From positions 3,129,751 to 3,193,750 of the forward strand of contig OZ037773.1 in NCBI GenBank assembly GCA_964035545.1: a stretch of 64,000 nucleotides of DNA. The letters are read 5' to 3'. Positions 1-17,816 of this stretch are shown here, piece by piece. Position numbers and translations under genes: made by a program. The notes below the pieces were generated by a model, which was given only the letters and a program-made list of their open reading frames with translations, ran no database searches and was not told the origin of the DNA. The stretch's first letter is position 1. The number at the start of each line of letters is the position of its first letter. The stretch is from Bugula neritina. Its lineage: Eukaryota; Animalia; Bryozoa.

Positions 1-400
1 AGAATACTTTAGTTGCAAATATTTTAAATGATTTTTCTTGCAACGATTGTGCGTCCTTACCGCATATGGATTTACATACGTGAATTATCTAAAAATTGCG
101 ACAGCAATAAAACCCATTCCCGCATATGTATCACAAAGATTTATAAATGTATATATTGTTTGTAATACTCAATATTCAACCTTGATTAGAAAATTCTAAC
201 AAGAAAAAAATATCAGCAATGAATGAGTCAATGCAATTTCTATATACAGAGGAAACATTTGCATAATACTATGAACTGAACTTTGATAATTATTATAAAT
301 TATTTTCATTTAAGCGATTAAGCAATGCCACTTTATATATAACATAATATAAATTTCTATATTCTGGAGTGCAGGTCTTACTTTTGTTTTTATTCAACAG

Positions 401-2655
401 TGGCTCCAACTGGTATATCACTCAATAAACCAGAAACTATCATAGAAGGAGAAGAGTTTACTTTTGATTGTAACTCTACAGGAGCAGATCCTGTGTCAGT
501 CTATGAATACAGTGAGTATTTTTGAGTTCATCACATATTATTTATTCTACAAAATAAGTTAAGTCTAAAACAATACAGTACGTTGCAATATTAGATTGTA
601 ATTTGATAAAATCAGTAATCCGTTTATACCAAGTAAAGAAAGATAAGTTTTGAAATATTCAACATTTAAAAAGTTGAAGCCAACAATTGTTTTGATTTTC
701 AGATTCTAACTACAGCAGCTATCTAATGATTAGAAATGTACTAGCTATAGTACAATTTTAACTATTATAAATAGTTCTATATATAGTATCAAATCCTTTG
801 TTATATGAGCTGTGCTAGCATATATTAAATAACATGCATATGACTGCCTAGAGTGCAATGATATATATTGACTTATTTTTATATTTCAGAAGTAAATGGT
901 AACACAGTGGCTGGCAGATATACTCCTACTGAGACAGACAGAGCTGGACTAACTTTATCCTGTACAGATAAAGAACATTCTAACTGGAAGGGAGGGAATA
1001 CTGAACAAACTGTTACTATCACACCACAGTGTGAGTATCATCAAAACCACACTACTCGTTTGCACAAGTTTGTAAATAAGTTATGCAGCCTAAACTACAT
1101 TTGGTGAAGTTAAACAACTATAAACGAGTCTACAATTTTTACTTTGTAGATTTAGCTAGAAAACATGATGAAATTAATATAATCATAAAAGAGTTTAACT
1201 CTGGACAATCTGATGCTAAACTGGATTGTAGCCAACATGTAGATGCTAACCCACCACTCTACAGCTTCACTTGGATATATAATGGACATTTCACCAGAGA
1301 AACATCTAATGAGCTGCCTTTAGGTTCTCAAGCAGATGGTGTCACAGAAACAGCCTCATGTACAGCTGAAAATGGTCTACGTATGAATTTATATAATCAG
1401 CTATATTACAATTTAGGAGTATGCTAAGTTCACAATATTTAGATAGTTTCCTTATAAAAGTTACATCATCTCATTTCATCAAGAGAAGCTTATTTTCGAC
1501 AAAACATTTTTACCAAAAGTTCGTTTCTATTGTTAGCTATCAATGATTGCGCAGTTAGTTTAACAAGTGAGCTGCGTTCACCTCACTCATGACTTTATTC
1601 ACATAATTTTCAATTTATTGACATTTTGATTGTTCAACTACTGTAGTTAGCTTTATGGAGCAAAATTACTGCATTATAACTCAAACTAACTCTTTGTTAT
1701 TCTCATCCTTTTGCATTTTGTTTGTTTTCTGTAGCAAGAGCTATTATTATATTGTGGGCTATAAAATGGACCAGTTCTGTCACACCACCAAGCACAACGT
1801 CAACAATCATTAACAAAGCTCCTATGAGTGGGGGAATTGCTGGTGGCTGTCTGCTGCTTATCATCACAGCTGGAGTAGCATTCTATCTGGGAAAATTGAG
1901 AGGTAATACAGAATTAAAGTTATCTGTAATGACACGGACGTTTTACTGAAAATATGCCACATAATTTTTAGTCAAACTTCCTATGCTCGATATCTAATTT
2001 GAATGCTGGGTGAACTATATAAAGCAAACTTAAAAAAGAGAATGAATTCTAGTTGATCTTCATTCAAACAAATAAAATTTGGTAGAAAGCTTTAAAAGTA
2101 CTTCTTATGACTGAAGAATGTTATTATAAGTGACATTTATATATAGGGTAGATTGATAAGAGAAGAAAATTATCTTTTTATCATTAGTTTAAATTTTTAC
2201 TGATAAACGGTAGTAATTTAAATTTTACATGAATTATTCAAATGCAAATGCAAAATGAGCATATCTTTAATCTTTAAGGAATCAGAACACAAGCCGTCAT
2301 TAGGACTGATAACTCCCAATACGCAAAGATGTCTTTCGCTAAGACCGATAACTCTGCATACGCAAATATGTCTGTCACTAGAAAAGATAATCACAACTAT
2401 GACACACTTGATATTTCTCAAACACACCAAGTCAGTCAGTCTCCAGCTAATGAGTCAAAAAGTATTACCAGGAAAGATGATTTATCATATGTAGAAATGT
2501 CAGTCACTAAGAAACATGTTGACAAGTATGACTCAGTTGATATTTCACAACCACAAGCAGTGAGTCAGTCTGGAACTAGCCTTGTAGACTCAGATGGCCA
2601 TGTGGGACCTGCTCAGAAGATGTATGCTAACATTGAACTTAAAATTCTTTGTTGA
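401..2655 (+). CDS. Ig-superfamily-like type I receptor 'A', 3' part (5' exons lie before the window)
   Basis: Phase-1 exons 401-511, 890-1030, 1150-1380, 1735-1902 and 2279-2655, each flanked by AG/GT, splice in one frame. They encode a C2-like domain (FTFDC..GADP..YEYKVNG..LTLSC), an I-like domain ([25 protein letters not shown]), a Ser/Thr stalk, a TM (GGIAGGCLLLIITAGVAFYL) and a tail with YAKM, YANM, YDTL, YVEM, YDSV, YANI. Confidence 0.85.
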
Positions 2656-4613
2656 GTATATATTCTTTGTGTGAGTGATAATTGAAGGTATTTTATGCAT
2701 GCATGTTAGGTTTGATGTAGTATAAAATACGTACTAACACAATATTATTTCAATACTGTTAGGCATATTTGTAAACCCTTTTCTTTAAAAACTTTTTCTT
2801 TATCAAACAATTTATTCAGCAAAGAACAAAGTCTAATGTTTTGAAAAAAAAATTTGCTTCAATATTTCTACAATATAGCTAGTTTTCTAATAAATAATTA
2901 TAAAACTTTTGTTGTCACAAAGAAAAGAAACAGGTAAGGAAATTGTACACTTTTAGTCTAAGATTGGGCACTGATTGATTGTGAATTTTTTAAAAAATAA
3001 TTAGTGCATGTAAAGAAATTTGGTTGCTTCTTATAAGAAATTCATACCCAAATTTAAATATTTGCTATGTTTGTTCAGTTTCTGATGATTATATATAAAG
3101 CACATAACATATTAAAATAAATATTATATATTATAACAAAAAAATAGTTTATTTGTTTTGACCTTGACCTTACTAGGAAAATTTAGCTAATTGCTCAAAT
3201 TTTATCGAAATAGAAAAATGAATTATTTTTCATGCACTATAAGCCTCTGTATTTGGATGTCATTATATATTCTTATAATAGTAATAAGTATTATAATATT
3301 ATAATAGTGCAGGGTGTACTTTAATATATAATAGATAACCTCTCATTACATGTAGGGGCCGGCCTAATGTAATGTTCCTGTAAAGTATACATGTATGTAG
3401 TTCCTTTTAAAATTATAGCAGAACCATTTATTTTTAGCCTACTCTGTTATTTCATGACTTCATAATGTTATAGAATAAAAAAGCTAATGCAAATCAATTA
3501 ATGATGAAAAGTTTAGACCATCTGGAATAATATGTCATGGCTTCTCAAATACATTTCTGTTTAACTTAAGGCAGCAGTTTATGTGTAAATGCACGGTTTC
3601 AACAATGTTTTAAACAAACATTGTTGCAAAAATAACTTAAAAACTTACTTTAGGCACTGCGATACATATTGAAAACATTACACATTAGAGAGATTGTTGC
3701 ATTTGAGAACAAAAAGTTGGCTGCACTGTTCATCTAGCTCATGTTTTCTTTTCAGAAAGGCTGTCTCTTTCTCATGCAGTTTTACTCATTCAACTGATTC
3801 ATACTGTTCTAGTATATATTATATTTCCTATAACCTCTTCTGCAATTCAAATTCTTTTAGAGATCTGAATGAATTCTTGACCCAACTAATAAGTTTTCAG
3901 AAATATCTTAGCAGATGATAGTAAAAGCAACCACGTTGCAGCTGGGTGATTTTATTTAATTTAGTACACACTCGAAATCTCCAGTTTTTAGCTATTTTTT
4001 CCAATTTAGCTGCTAATATATATTGGTTTTTGCATAAAACTAATAGTATATCAATAGATACAACTAAATAGTCAAGGTTATTTTTCATTTTGCTCAATTT
4101 CCCTTGTTTTTCCTAATTATTTAGCTAATTTGGATTTGCAGACCGTTATGGTTTTTTCGTAACGGTCGCACATAGCCCTATATAATATTAAGTGCATATG
4201 ACAATGATGTGGCTTTAATGTTAGGGAATTCCCTCCCAGCCTTTTCTGTTATGTATAATGAGAATCAGCACATAAATATACCATGTATAGTAAATTTCAA
4301 TGAATTTTGAGCAAACTTTAATGTTGGGTCATAATTTGCTGGTGTGTACTAAATGAAGTAAACTGACTCAGCTCTGATATTCTACCATACGATCCTCCCA
4401 AACTAACCACGACCACTACTTCCTCTTCTGCTCTTTTGAAAAACTATCCACCACCTCTATATCAATTTACTGTTACTGTAACCAATACGGCATTCATACT
4501 TTCTGTGTATATTTCAAATTTATGTTTCCTGCTGATATCACTTACCCAAAGAAAGTCACGCACTTCTGCAGTAAGATCTATCTGACCATCTTGCTATTCT
4601 ACTCTATACAGCT

Positions 4614-5582
<969 letters not shown>

Positions 5583-5637
5583 TAAATACTCTATTTTTCG
5601 AAATATTGAGTTCTTTTGATTCATTTTTAATTATAGA

Positions 5638-5668
<31 letters not shown>

Positions 5669-6731
5669 CTGCTCTATAACTATAGTGTATAACAATCATC
5701 AGCATTGTAGATATTAATTTCCACTAACTAGTGAGGAGACTTTATATTTCAATAATTCATAACCAATTCTGATCTTATACTTATAAAACTTTATAATAAG
5801 AATATAATACAATATTTATTGTATAATATATTTGTTGAATAATGTTCTCTTATACTTCTAATTGATATAATTATGTTACATAATATAATATATGCACTCA
5901 GTTAATTTGCATGTGTTGTGCCTTTATAGCTATTACGATTATATATTGCATCGCTTCAATGTTATATAAGTACTTCCTTATGTACTGTTATTCATGTAAT
6001 TCTCGCCGTATTAAAGTGATCACTTAAAACTTTATCATAATATATCTTAAGAACTTATTGACTTGTGATAATGTATAGCAAAATACATATTCCCCTTTAA
6101 CAGATTGAGAAATACTTTTGCAAAAACCAAAAACTCCCTATGCATAATCAAGCACCCATGCATGCAGTTTAATTTTTTTGGAGCATACAAAAATGCGCTG
6201 CCAAACTACCTTAAGTAACTATGCAATAAAGTATATTTATGACAGATTTTTAGAACAATTTTGAAGATGCTCATAATTGTGAATTATTAGTAGTGTAAGT
6301 TGTGTATATTTACTGCTGCTTTATAATAATGCTAACCACGCAACTGCTATTTCATTGCACACCCAGATATAAATAGTTATATATGCTGCAGTGTTAGTAA
6401 AATTTTTCAGTTCATTTTCAAGTCACAACAGATGTTTGTTTTACAAAATTTACAATAAAAAATCTTGTAGGTGCTTCAATTTTATTTTCTAAACTTTTTG
6501 ACTGAAGTTCCTTTCCTTAAAAAAAATGCCTATACGGAATAATATAAATGTTTCAACTTAAGTGAAATATTGTGTAATATAATGAACTTTAACATTTTGA
6601 AAAGAGCCATCTTTTCTTTCACAGTGTACTGCAGTTCCTAATATTATAATTCATAAACATATACTAGCTGTAACTATTAAGCAACACGGAAGTTGAAAAT
6701 GTCTACACAACCATTACATTTTATAGTGCAA

Positions 6732-6797
6732 GTGTGCGTGCGTAGGCGTGCGTGCGCGCGCGAGTGCGTGTGTGTGTGTCTTTGTGTGTGTGTGTGC
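6732..6797. repeat. Mixed (GT)n/(GC)n alternating purine-pyrimidine tract
   Basis: gtgtgcgtgcgtaggcgtgcgtgcgcgcgcgagtgcgtgtgtgtg... Confidence 0.85.
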
Positions 6798-7201
6798 CTG
6801 TGAATTTTATTTTTAGCTCAACCAACTACAGCTTTTCGAATACTTTCAAACCAGAAAGAGACGCAATTGGATTACATTGCCACATCAACTAATTGATTGA
6901 AATTGATGTTTAGATATTAATTTGTTTCAACATGAGTTTTGCCTAGTTTACTATAAAACAATAATAGTCTATTTTGAAAAATACATTTAGCAGTTAGATG
7001 TGTTTGGTTAGCCCCAACCCATAAATAACGAAGGTAATCTTTCGAGTTATAAGCCCATGAGAGTCTTTTGTAAGCATATGACAATGAATGAAGATTAATA
7101 AAAGTATTGTGACCATATTTAAAACTTCATTATAGGCTATTGACCAATCGAATATAGTTGTTATGTAGTACTGCAGGGTAAATATTTGATGGAAACATGG
7201 A

Positions 7202-7281
7202 TATATAAGTGCTTCAACATGAACTTATACTACAGTGGTAGCTAGATTCAGACAGGTGGTCTCTTTGCTACACAACTACAA
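7202..7281 (+). promoter_or_regulatory. Putative TATA box and non-coding first exon of the defensin gene
   Basis: TATATAAG at ~7202, a donor AA|GTAAG at 7281/7282 and an acceptor TTTTATAG at 7720, just before the ATG exon. Confidence 0.4.
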
Positions 7282-7733
7282 GTAAGCTTGAAATATTTGA
7301 AAGAGCACTTTTTAAATTTATTGTAAATATATAATATTATTATATAGAATTTAAAATCGAGTAGCAATGTATAATGGGTTTAAACTGTTTTATGCCAGTT
7401 TATTGGCTTTTTTAAAGTAATAAATTTAAATAAACTATAGTTTATCAATCAAAATCAGTGTAAATATTTCTTTTTAAAATTTATGTAAACATACCTACAT
7501 GTAAAATGCAAATAGAAACAAAATCAAATTTTAATAAAAAAATTGGAAAAAATATATTATAGTAGCTAGGCTACACTGCAATATTTATTTGAATAAATTG
7601 AAAAAAAAATTGATAGATCATATTTTAAAACCAACAGTCATATACATGTAGATATTGTACACTCTGTATTTACAGTCATGTTTTTGCCATGTAATTAATA
7701 TTTAACTTTAACTTTTATAGAAACAAATTCGCT

Positions 7734-8232
7734 ATGAAGTTTGCTGTACTCATCTTTGTAATAATGGCCATCAGTTTATCAGGTAAGTTAATTATTAATG
7801 TGGACTACTTATAACATGAAAAAAAAACTAAATAATATTTACATTTACTATAGCTTGTTTTCTGTGATATGGATAATAATACACATTATATTGCATATTT
7901 ATTTACCTTCACATAACTCTAAACTCTAACTTTAGCCTAGAAAATACAATTACTGTGACATATAAAGTGTTTATATGCTATGCATATTTTCATGCATTAT
8001 ATAACTACAGTAGTGCTCTAATGAAAAAAATATGCAGCAATCTACAAATGAGCGTATTGTTTTTATCAAATTGATTAATATAATATATTTATTAGCTGCT
8101 GATTTGCCTGTTGGAAAAAGGTGTTCAGCTATAAGAGGTCCAATTTGCAAGGCGAAATGTGACTTAAGAGGTTATGTCAAGTACAGATGTTTACCAAAAT
8201 ACAGATGCATTTGCTGGATGCGTAAAGGCTAA
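7734..8232 (+). CDS. Invertebrate CS-alpha-beta defensin precursor, 61 aa (exons 7734-7782 and 8096-8232)
   Basis: MKFAVLIFVIMAISLSA-ADLPVGKR-CSAIRGPICKAKCDLRGYVKYRCLPKYRCICWMRKG: signal peptide, phase-1 intron (G|GTAAGT...TAG|), KR cleavage site, C-x7-C-x3-C-x9-C-x5-C-x-C, 10 basic versus 1 acidic residue, terminal Gly. Confidence 0.88.
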
Positions 8233-11200
8233 GTCACTTCTACTAGTGAATAAGCAGTAAAACAACTATTCTATGCTGCTCACTACATGGTACTGAGTTT
8301 TTAGTCAACAAACCTTTTGATAAATAAGTTATTTACACCCATGCAAGTTTTTTTATAATTATATACATGTAAAATATGTTTTAAAATTCCAACTTTGTGC
8401 TTTTAAATTTTTACTTTCTATATATAATAAAAAAACAGATTCTTTGAAAGGAAGACCTTTTGGTAAATTTACTGGATGCTGTACGAAATTATTATAATAA
8501 TTTAATAGTTAATAGATTTTAAGTGATTTTAATAAATTTCATTAACGTGTAAAATCTGAAGAGCAATTAAGTTGAACTCTAGTGTTTTTGACTGTAAATC
8601 AATGAAAAAATTTGTGAAAAATTCAATTGCGATCAGAAATTTTATAGAGTCTGAGACTTTTGTAAACAAACCAAAAGTATATAGTTCTAAATATCTGTTT
8701 TAAATTAAAATTTTTATGATGAGTATATTTAACAATCAACACTGCACAGCAGCAATACTACCAACCACAAACTAGACAATATACATAATATGTTTTTATG
8801 TTCTTTTGTTGTGGCAAATTCACGTGTATTATACTTTAAATTTTACTATATTTACATCACAAGAGAGTGCTAAAAGACTATCACAGTTTCGGTTGATCTC
8901 TATACTAATGCACTACCATATGCGTATAAATCTATACAACATAATATTACATATGCTGTGTCACATTGTTTGACCTCATTGTTATTAGATATAATGTAAA
9001 CAGGACACAAAGGTGACAAAATGATAACTATATTATTGTGAATGATTACAGTGATTATTTGATAATTTCATCATGCTATAAAAGATAGATTTCAAATTAA
9101 TCTGTGACTTCTATTTTTTACAGATTAATTACTATATAGACAGTGTAGCAACTCCATGTGTATATCAATCCTTACAAGCATGAATGTATCTTAACAATTC
9201 TCATACTATTTCTCACTCAATTTCTCACATTTCTCATTATAATATCCTTTTATAAATGTCCAATTAGAACAAGATTTATGCCAAAACACATTTAAAGTTA
9301 AGTTCATAAATTTACAATCATTGCGTATAATTACAGCAAAAAACAGTAACACTATATAATAGCTGGGTATTTCTAAAATTTGAGACAACTAAAATACTTC
9401 AAACAAAATAAATGCTGCAATGAATTGGAAAAAAATTCACTAAATATCTAGTGATTTTTTTTCAAGAAAATTCACTCTGATTTTGAAAAGCATTAATAAG
9501 AAACTTTTAAAAAATATATCAAAAACACCAAGAGTTTGGAGAAAACAGCATTCCTTATTATTTCACAATACATGAACGCTTTATCGACAAGTTATTCATC
9601 AGAATAATACTTTATACTTTTTTTCAATTCTAAAAAACCCTGAGGTAAAAAAATTATAGTAGCCTATAATAAACTACTCTAGTACTTTTAGTAAAGTTTA
9701 TATAATAGTGTCTAAGAAAAGTTTGATTGTCAAATATATTAGTAAAAGTAAATATATGTAAATAACTTTAATGTTTAGTTTCGGCATAAAGTACAAATTA
9801 ATTTTTGAAAAACTGCTTTACTATAGTTGATGATTTTTTGCCTTGTAATAAGAACTTATTGCAACATTTTTGACCAGAAAAATGATAATCGCACAAGCAT
9901 GTTCAAATTTTAATGCAAGAAAGCATTTATCACTTCATTTGACTGCATACTCAATTTTTGGCAAGAAATTTATATCCAAAAAAATAGTTTTTAGATAATT
10001 TTTCTACAATTTTAAATAAATTTTTGGGTGTACTAAACTTAACTTTAGATTAAAAGATTTCAAAAGCTTAGACAGAGACTAATTGGCTGAAAAATCTAAA
10101 CATTTTCAAACTTGGTGTTTTGCCAAAAATTAAAATCTGAACTCATTGGTTATATATAAAATGATTTCTAGCAATTTTCTTAATTTTTTAAACTGCCAAT
10201 GAGTTCTAAAGTCCTTTAGCAGAGGTGCAATAAACGCAACATTTTAATGATACAATAAATGGAGTGAGTTTACTAATTTAACTCTGTATTATATACATAC
10301 ATGAACAAGGTAAGAAAAACACTGCATGCAGCTCGATGTCCTGTAAGACATTAACTGTTGTATTCTAAGATGTTTTCTATACTGCAAGTTGATCAAGTTG
10401 GATGAATTTAATATATAACAATAAAAATCTCATTCGTCTGACACAGCTGCATTGTCTTGTGTTTTATAAGTGCATTACCCACATTATCAAAAATACAATA
10501 CTGCACTATTTACCATTTCCTGTTTATCTAGCAATCTATCAACATTATATGTTGCTATAATATGGTTTATCACAAGCTCATAGTCAAATTACATGACTTG
10601 ACAATATCCTAAAGCAATGAACCTCCCCCACAATGTGCATTCTACATATATAAAGATTATCAAGAATTATTTTTTATAAATCATTTGGCAAAGCTTTGAC
10701 ATTATTCCTAATTTAATGGCAATTTTTTGAGATTTAATTGTAGGCAACAAACTAGATAAAGATTAGGAACTGTTAGATTAATAATTATTATTTATTAAGG
10801 AGAATAAATATTTTGCATAGTATATTTTTACCAGCTGCATTTGTGGAAGTTAAATTTTACAAATATCGAAATTTAGCAGCTGTTGTGAGATAATTTGCAG
10901 AAACCGATGGTGCACATTTTCTGCACATGTGTAGGAAAATAGTCATCAAAGTCTATATATGACCGCAATTATAAGGCCTGGGCTTTCTACTTAACATTTG
11001 ATTATTGATGACACAATGCTGCCATTTAACTATTTTTTTGTTCTTGTCACATATAACCAGAAACATATATATGCTGATAAATTTACAAAATCATCTTCTT
11101 GATTTTTGTATTTTTTAAAATAAAACAAATGCAATGCATTCATGACAAGTTTATAAGTGTTTTTTTTAAATATGTAGTTTTTTGAAATTCATAATTTTGA

Positions 11201-11704
11201 AGCTATAAATAAAATTTTATGCATTGGTTTTTAGAGATTGGTTTTTTTGTTGATTATTCTAACCATTTTTATAAAAATATGTTTGAGCTTTTATAGAGTT
11301 ACATCAATTGTTAGTTCGTTTGCTGCTGACATTGCATTAGGCAAGCTGAAAATTAGAATAAAAGCAATTATACTAATATATTATATAAAGAGTTAAATTT
11401 GCTTTTATATTCACATCGTTCAATTTACGTAATAATAATTCGTAATGAAATCAATCAAAGCAATGTCACCAATTAAAGTGGTGAAATATTTTCAACAGAA
11501 TTTTACATTAAAACCTGTTGGAGGTTTTTACCAATTATATATAACTTGCATATCAAGTACTGCATTGAATATAATTTGCTAGCCATAACAATATACTATG
11601 CTGAAAAAATAGTATACTTATACCTTACACTAGTGCAATGTAACAAACTTGCTGAGATATTCTTATTCTATACCATTGTTAACAGTTTTAAGAACAGAGG
11701 CTAG

Positions 11705-11848
11705 CTATCGTATAAACTTCCTAATTTAAGAGACCGTTGCATAAGAAATTGCAAATTTGTAGGATACTCTGGTTATAAATTCTTTGGAGGTGCCTGTAAA
11801 TGTAGAGGAGAAAACAGATCTCTATTTACTGATTATCATGTACTGTAA
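11705..11848 (+). CDS. 4-Cys defensin-like exon, copy 1 (gene model unresolved; may be a pseudogene)
   Basis: LSYKLPNLRDRCIRNCKFVGYSGYKFFGGACKCRGENRSLFTDYHVL*: CxxxC..GY..CxC core. It is preceded in frame by TAG (an acceptor or a stop), and I could not join a clean signal-peptide exon. Confidence 0.55.
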   Translation, partial: LSYKLPNLRDRCIRNCKFVGYSGYKFFGGACKCRGENRSLFTDYHVL

Positions 11849-14800
11849 ATTTGTTGAATAAGAACATCGGATATATAGCCATCAATCTTCAATTAACATT
11901 TTCTTTATTATAATAATATGATGTCATATATTATTTTATTCTAGAAAAAATATAGAAATTATGTGATAAGTAACTTTGTTTGTAATCTTCATGTTTCTTA
12001 AACTACAACAAGTGTTTTGTTTTTTTATCATTATTTGTGATTTTGTTGTTGGTGAAATAATTTATGCACAGTTCATGTGGAAAATGCTTTAATTATTTTT
12101 TTAAGTGTTGTTAATTAGAAAGATGTACTAGTTTTCTTTAAAAAGCTGTATGAAGTATTTTGATATTGACACACATGCACGCAAGTTTAAAATGTTTATC
12201 AAATAAATTTATTATACAGCTTAAACTTTGATTAAAACAAATACTCTAGTTCAAATTTTTTGAAACATTAGCTAATAGTTTTTATTATATAGAACAGCAA
12301 TTGCATGCATCCTATAGCATACCAAGCACTAATTGGTTTAGCATGACAGTATATAAATATTCAAGTACTAAAATGCAAATATATAACAAATATTTTTATT
12401 TTTTGTTTTATATTTATTATAATAGATAATAGTGGTGTTTTTTGTATTCTATCAACTGCCTGACTGTGTATGTGCTATGATCATGCTTCATGTACTTCAA
12501 CCTCTTTCTGCTCATGCACTTTTCACAAAAACTGTTATATCTCGTGCAAAATCAATGTAATATGCTGTGATCGTTCTTTCATTAAACATTTTCATAGCTA
12601 TATAATAATTATTGAAATATAACCAAATTTTCAAGTAGAATTATTATTAGTTATAGCAATTTAAAATATATATAGTTGGAGATCCTAAACTAAAATATTT
12701 AAATGCAGTGTTGAGCAAGGCCTCGTCACAAAAAAGAGTTTTGGTATGGATTTAGAATAGATGGTTTAGTAAAGCTTACACATTTATTAATTTTTCTAAA
12801 TCATAAAAACAACAACCAAAATAATGTAAATAATGTAATGTACTATATTTACGTCACAAGACAGTGCTAAAAGACTATCACAGGTTCGGTTAATTGATCT
12901 CTATACTAACGCACTACCATGCGTATAAGTCTATACAACATAATATTACATATGCTGTGTCACATTGTTTGACCTCATTGTTATTAGATATAATGTAAAA
13001 GGGACACAGAGGTGACAAAATGATAACTATATTATTGTGAATGATTACGCGTAGTGGTTATTTGATAATTGTATCATGCTATAGGAGATAGATTCCAAAA
13101 TAATTCATGACTTCCATTTTTGCCAGATTAATTACTATATATAAACAGTGTAGCGACTCCATGTGTATATCAATCCTTGCAAGCATGAATGTATCTTAAC
13201 AATTCTCATACTATTTCTCACTCAATTTTTCACATTTCTCATTATAATATCCTTTTATAAATGTCCAATTAGAACAAGATTTATGCCAAAACACATTGCA
13301 AGTTAAGTTCATGAATTTACAATCATTGCGTATACTTACAGCAAAAAATACTAATAATTGGGTAATTCTAAAATTTGAGACAACTAAAATGCTTCAAACA
13401 AAATAAATGCTGCAATAAATTGGAAAAAAAATCACTAGATATCTAGTGATTTTTTTTTCAGTTTATTGCAGCATTTATATAAGCGCTATTTTTTAATCAA
13501 GAAAATTCACTCTGATTTTGAAAAGCATTAATAAGAAACTTTTAAAAAATATATCAAAAACACCAAGAGTTTGGAGAAAACAGCATTCCTTATTATTTCA
13601 CAATACATGAACGCTTTATCGACGAGTTATTTATCCGATTAATCTTTTATTATACTTTTTGCCAATTCTAAAAAACCTTGAGGTAAAAAAATTATAGTAT
13701 AGCCTATAATAAACTACTCTGGTACTTTTAGTAAAGTTTATATAATAGCATCTGGAAAAGGTTTGATTGCCAAATATATTAGTATTAGAGTAAATATATG
13801 TAAATAACTTGAATGTTTAGTTTCAACATAACTTACAAATTACTTTTTGAAAAATTGCTTTACTATAGTTGATGATTTCTTGCCTTGTAATAAGAACTTA
13901 TTGCATCATTTTTTGACCAGAAAAATGATAATCACACAAGCATGTTCAAATTTTAATGCAAGAAAGCATTTATCACTTCATTTGACTGCATACTCAATTT
14001 TTGGCAAGAAATTTATATCAAAAATAAAATAGTTTTTAGATAATTTTTCTACAATTTTAAATAAATTTTTGGGTGTACTAAACTTAACTTTAGATTAAAA
14101 TATTTCAAAAGCTTAGACAGAGACTAATTGGCTAAAAAATCTAAACATCTTCAAACTTGGTGTTTTGCCAAAAATTAAAATCTGAGCTCATTGATTATAT
14201 ATAAAATGATTTCTAGCATTTTTCTTTATTTTTTCAAACTGCCAATGAGTTCTAAAGTCCTTTAGCAGAGGTGCGATAAACGCAACATTTTAATGATACA
14301 ATAAATTGAGTGAGTCAACTAATTTAACTCTGTATTATATACATACATGAACAAGGTAAGAAAAACACTGTTGTATTCTAAGATGTTTTCTATACTGCAA
14401 GTTGATCGAGTTGGATGACTTGAATATATATAACAATGAAAATCTCATTCATCTCACAAAACTGCATTGTCTTGTGTTTTATAAGTGCATTACCCACAAT
14501 ATCAAAAATATAATAATGCACTATTTACCATTTCCTGTTTATCTAGCAATCTATCAAAATTATATGTTACTATAATATGGTTTATTACAAGCTCATAGTC
14601 AAATTACATGACTTGACAATATCCTAAAGCAATGAACCTCCCCCACAATGTGCATTCTACATATATGAAGATTATCAGTTGATAGTCTGCAGAAAATATT
14701 TTTTATAAATCATTTAGCAAAGCTTTGACATTATTTAACTTAATGGTATGTTTTTGAGATTTAATTGAAGGCAACAAACTGGATAAAGATTAGGAAATGT

Positions 14801-16244
14801 TAGATTAATAATTATTTCCTATTGATTGAAGTTATTAGCCAATCAACTTTAAGCTGCATGCAATACCCTAGGGAACTATAGAAAACATATATATAACTAC
14901 AGTCTATATATAGTGTCTACCTGAAAAGGTCTATAATATATTAACTGCAGCTACATGTGTACATTAACTGACAATTTTTAAACATTTGAATGGTAACATA
15001 TTTGTTTTTACTGATGAGCACACCTATCACTGGTAGTTTCCATAGTATTCTTTGCACCGATATTTGTAGTTTATTAAGTATTTATATCAATGTTAGTTTG
15101 TATTTGTTAGTGACTATATATAGCTAACATATTATTTGCTTAATTCAATTATGTTTGCTTACATAGGAAAGTATAATATTGAATGCGGTATCATCCAAAG
15201 TTGCACAATTGAACACAGCAAAAGAATATATAATATAAAGTTTTGTTTTTATTTATATTTTTATACTTATATATAGCATAAATCAAACTGATCTAACATT
15301 TATAGGAACAAAAAGAATAAAATATGAATACTCTTTTTTTTCTTTTTAATTACCATGATTATCTTTCTGTACATTGGGTGAGTTGAATATAATCATATTA
15401 GGTAAATTATTTGTAAAACTTCTTTTCATATTTAGTATTACACATGCAGTAATATATATTCAAAAACATTTTGGAAACAATTGTCAATATTACTTGTATT
15501 TATAATATTGTATACTTATAACTGACTATAATACAATGGACATATCATACGCTGCAAAAATTATAATAATATTTCTTATAAAGGAGCTTGAATAAATATT
15601 CTGCATGTGGAAGCTCCATATTACAAATATTAAAATTTAGCAGCTGTTGTGAAATAATTTCCAGAAACCGATGGTGCACATTTTTTGCACATGTGTAGGA
15701 AAATAGTCATCAAATTTGATACATGACTGCACTGATTTAAGGCCTGCGCTTTCTATTTAACATTTAATTATTGATGACACAATGCTGTTAGTTAACTATT
15801 ATTTTGTTCTTGTAACATATAACCAGAAACATATATATGCTGATATTTATAAAATCATCTTGATTTTTATATTTTTCACAATAAAACAAATGCAATGCAT
15901 TCATGGCAAGTTTATAAGTGTCATTTTTAAATACGTAGCTTTTTGAAATTCACAATTTTAAAACTATAAAAAATTTTTTATAAAATGTTTGAGCTTTTAT
16001 AGAGTTACTTCAATTATTAGTTCATTTGCTGCTGACATTGCATTAGGCAAGCTGAAAATTAAAATAAAAGCAATTATACCAATATGTTATATATAAAGTG
16101 TTAAATTTGCTTTCATATTCACATCAATAAAAGCTCAAAAATTTTATAAAAATGGTTAAAATAATCAACAAAAAAACCAATCTCTAAAAACCCATGCATA
16201 AGATTTTATTTATAGCTTCAAAATTATGAATTTCAAAAAGCTAT

Positions 16245-17816
<1,572 letters not shown>

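Noticed and set aside
4141-4167. Hairpin gaccgttatggttttttcgtaacggtc
   Set aside because: Could be a DNA-transposon terminus, but no partner end was found; it is not a terminator in this eukaryotic context.
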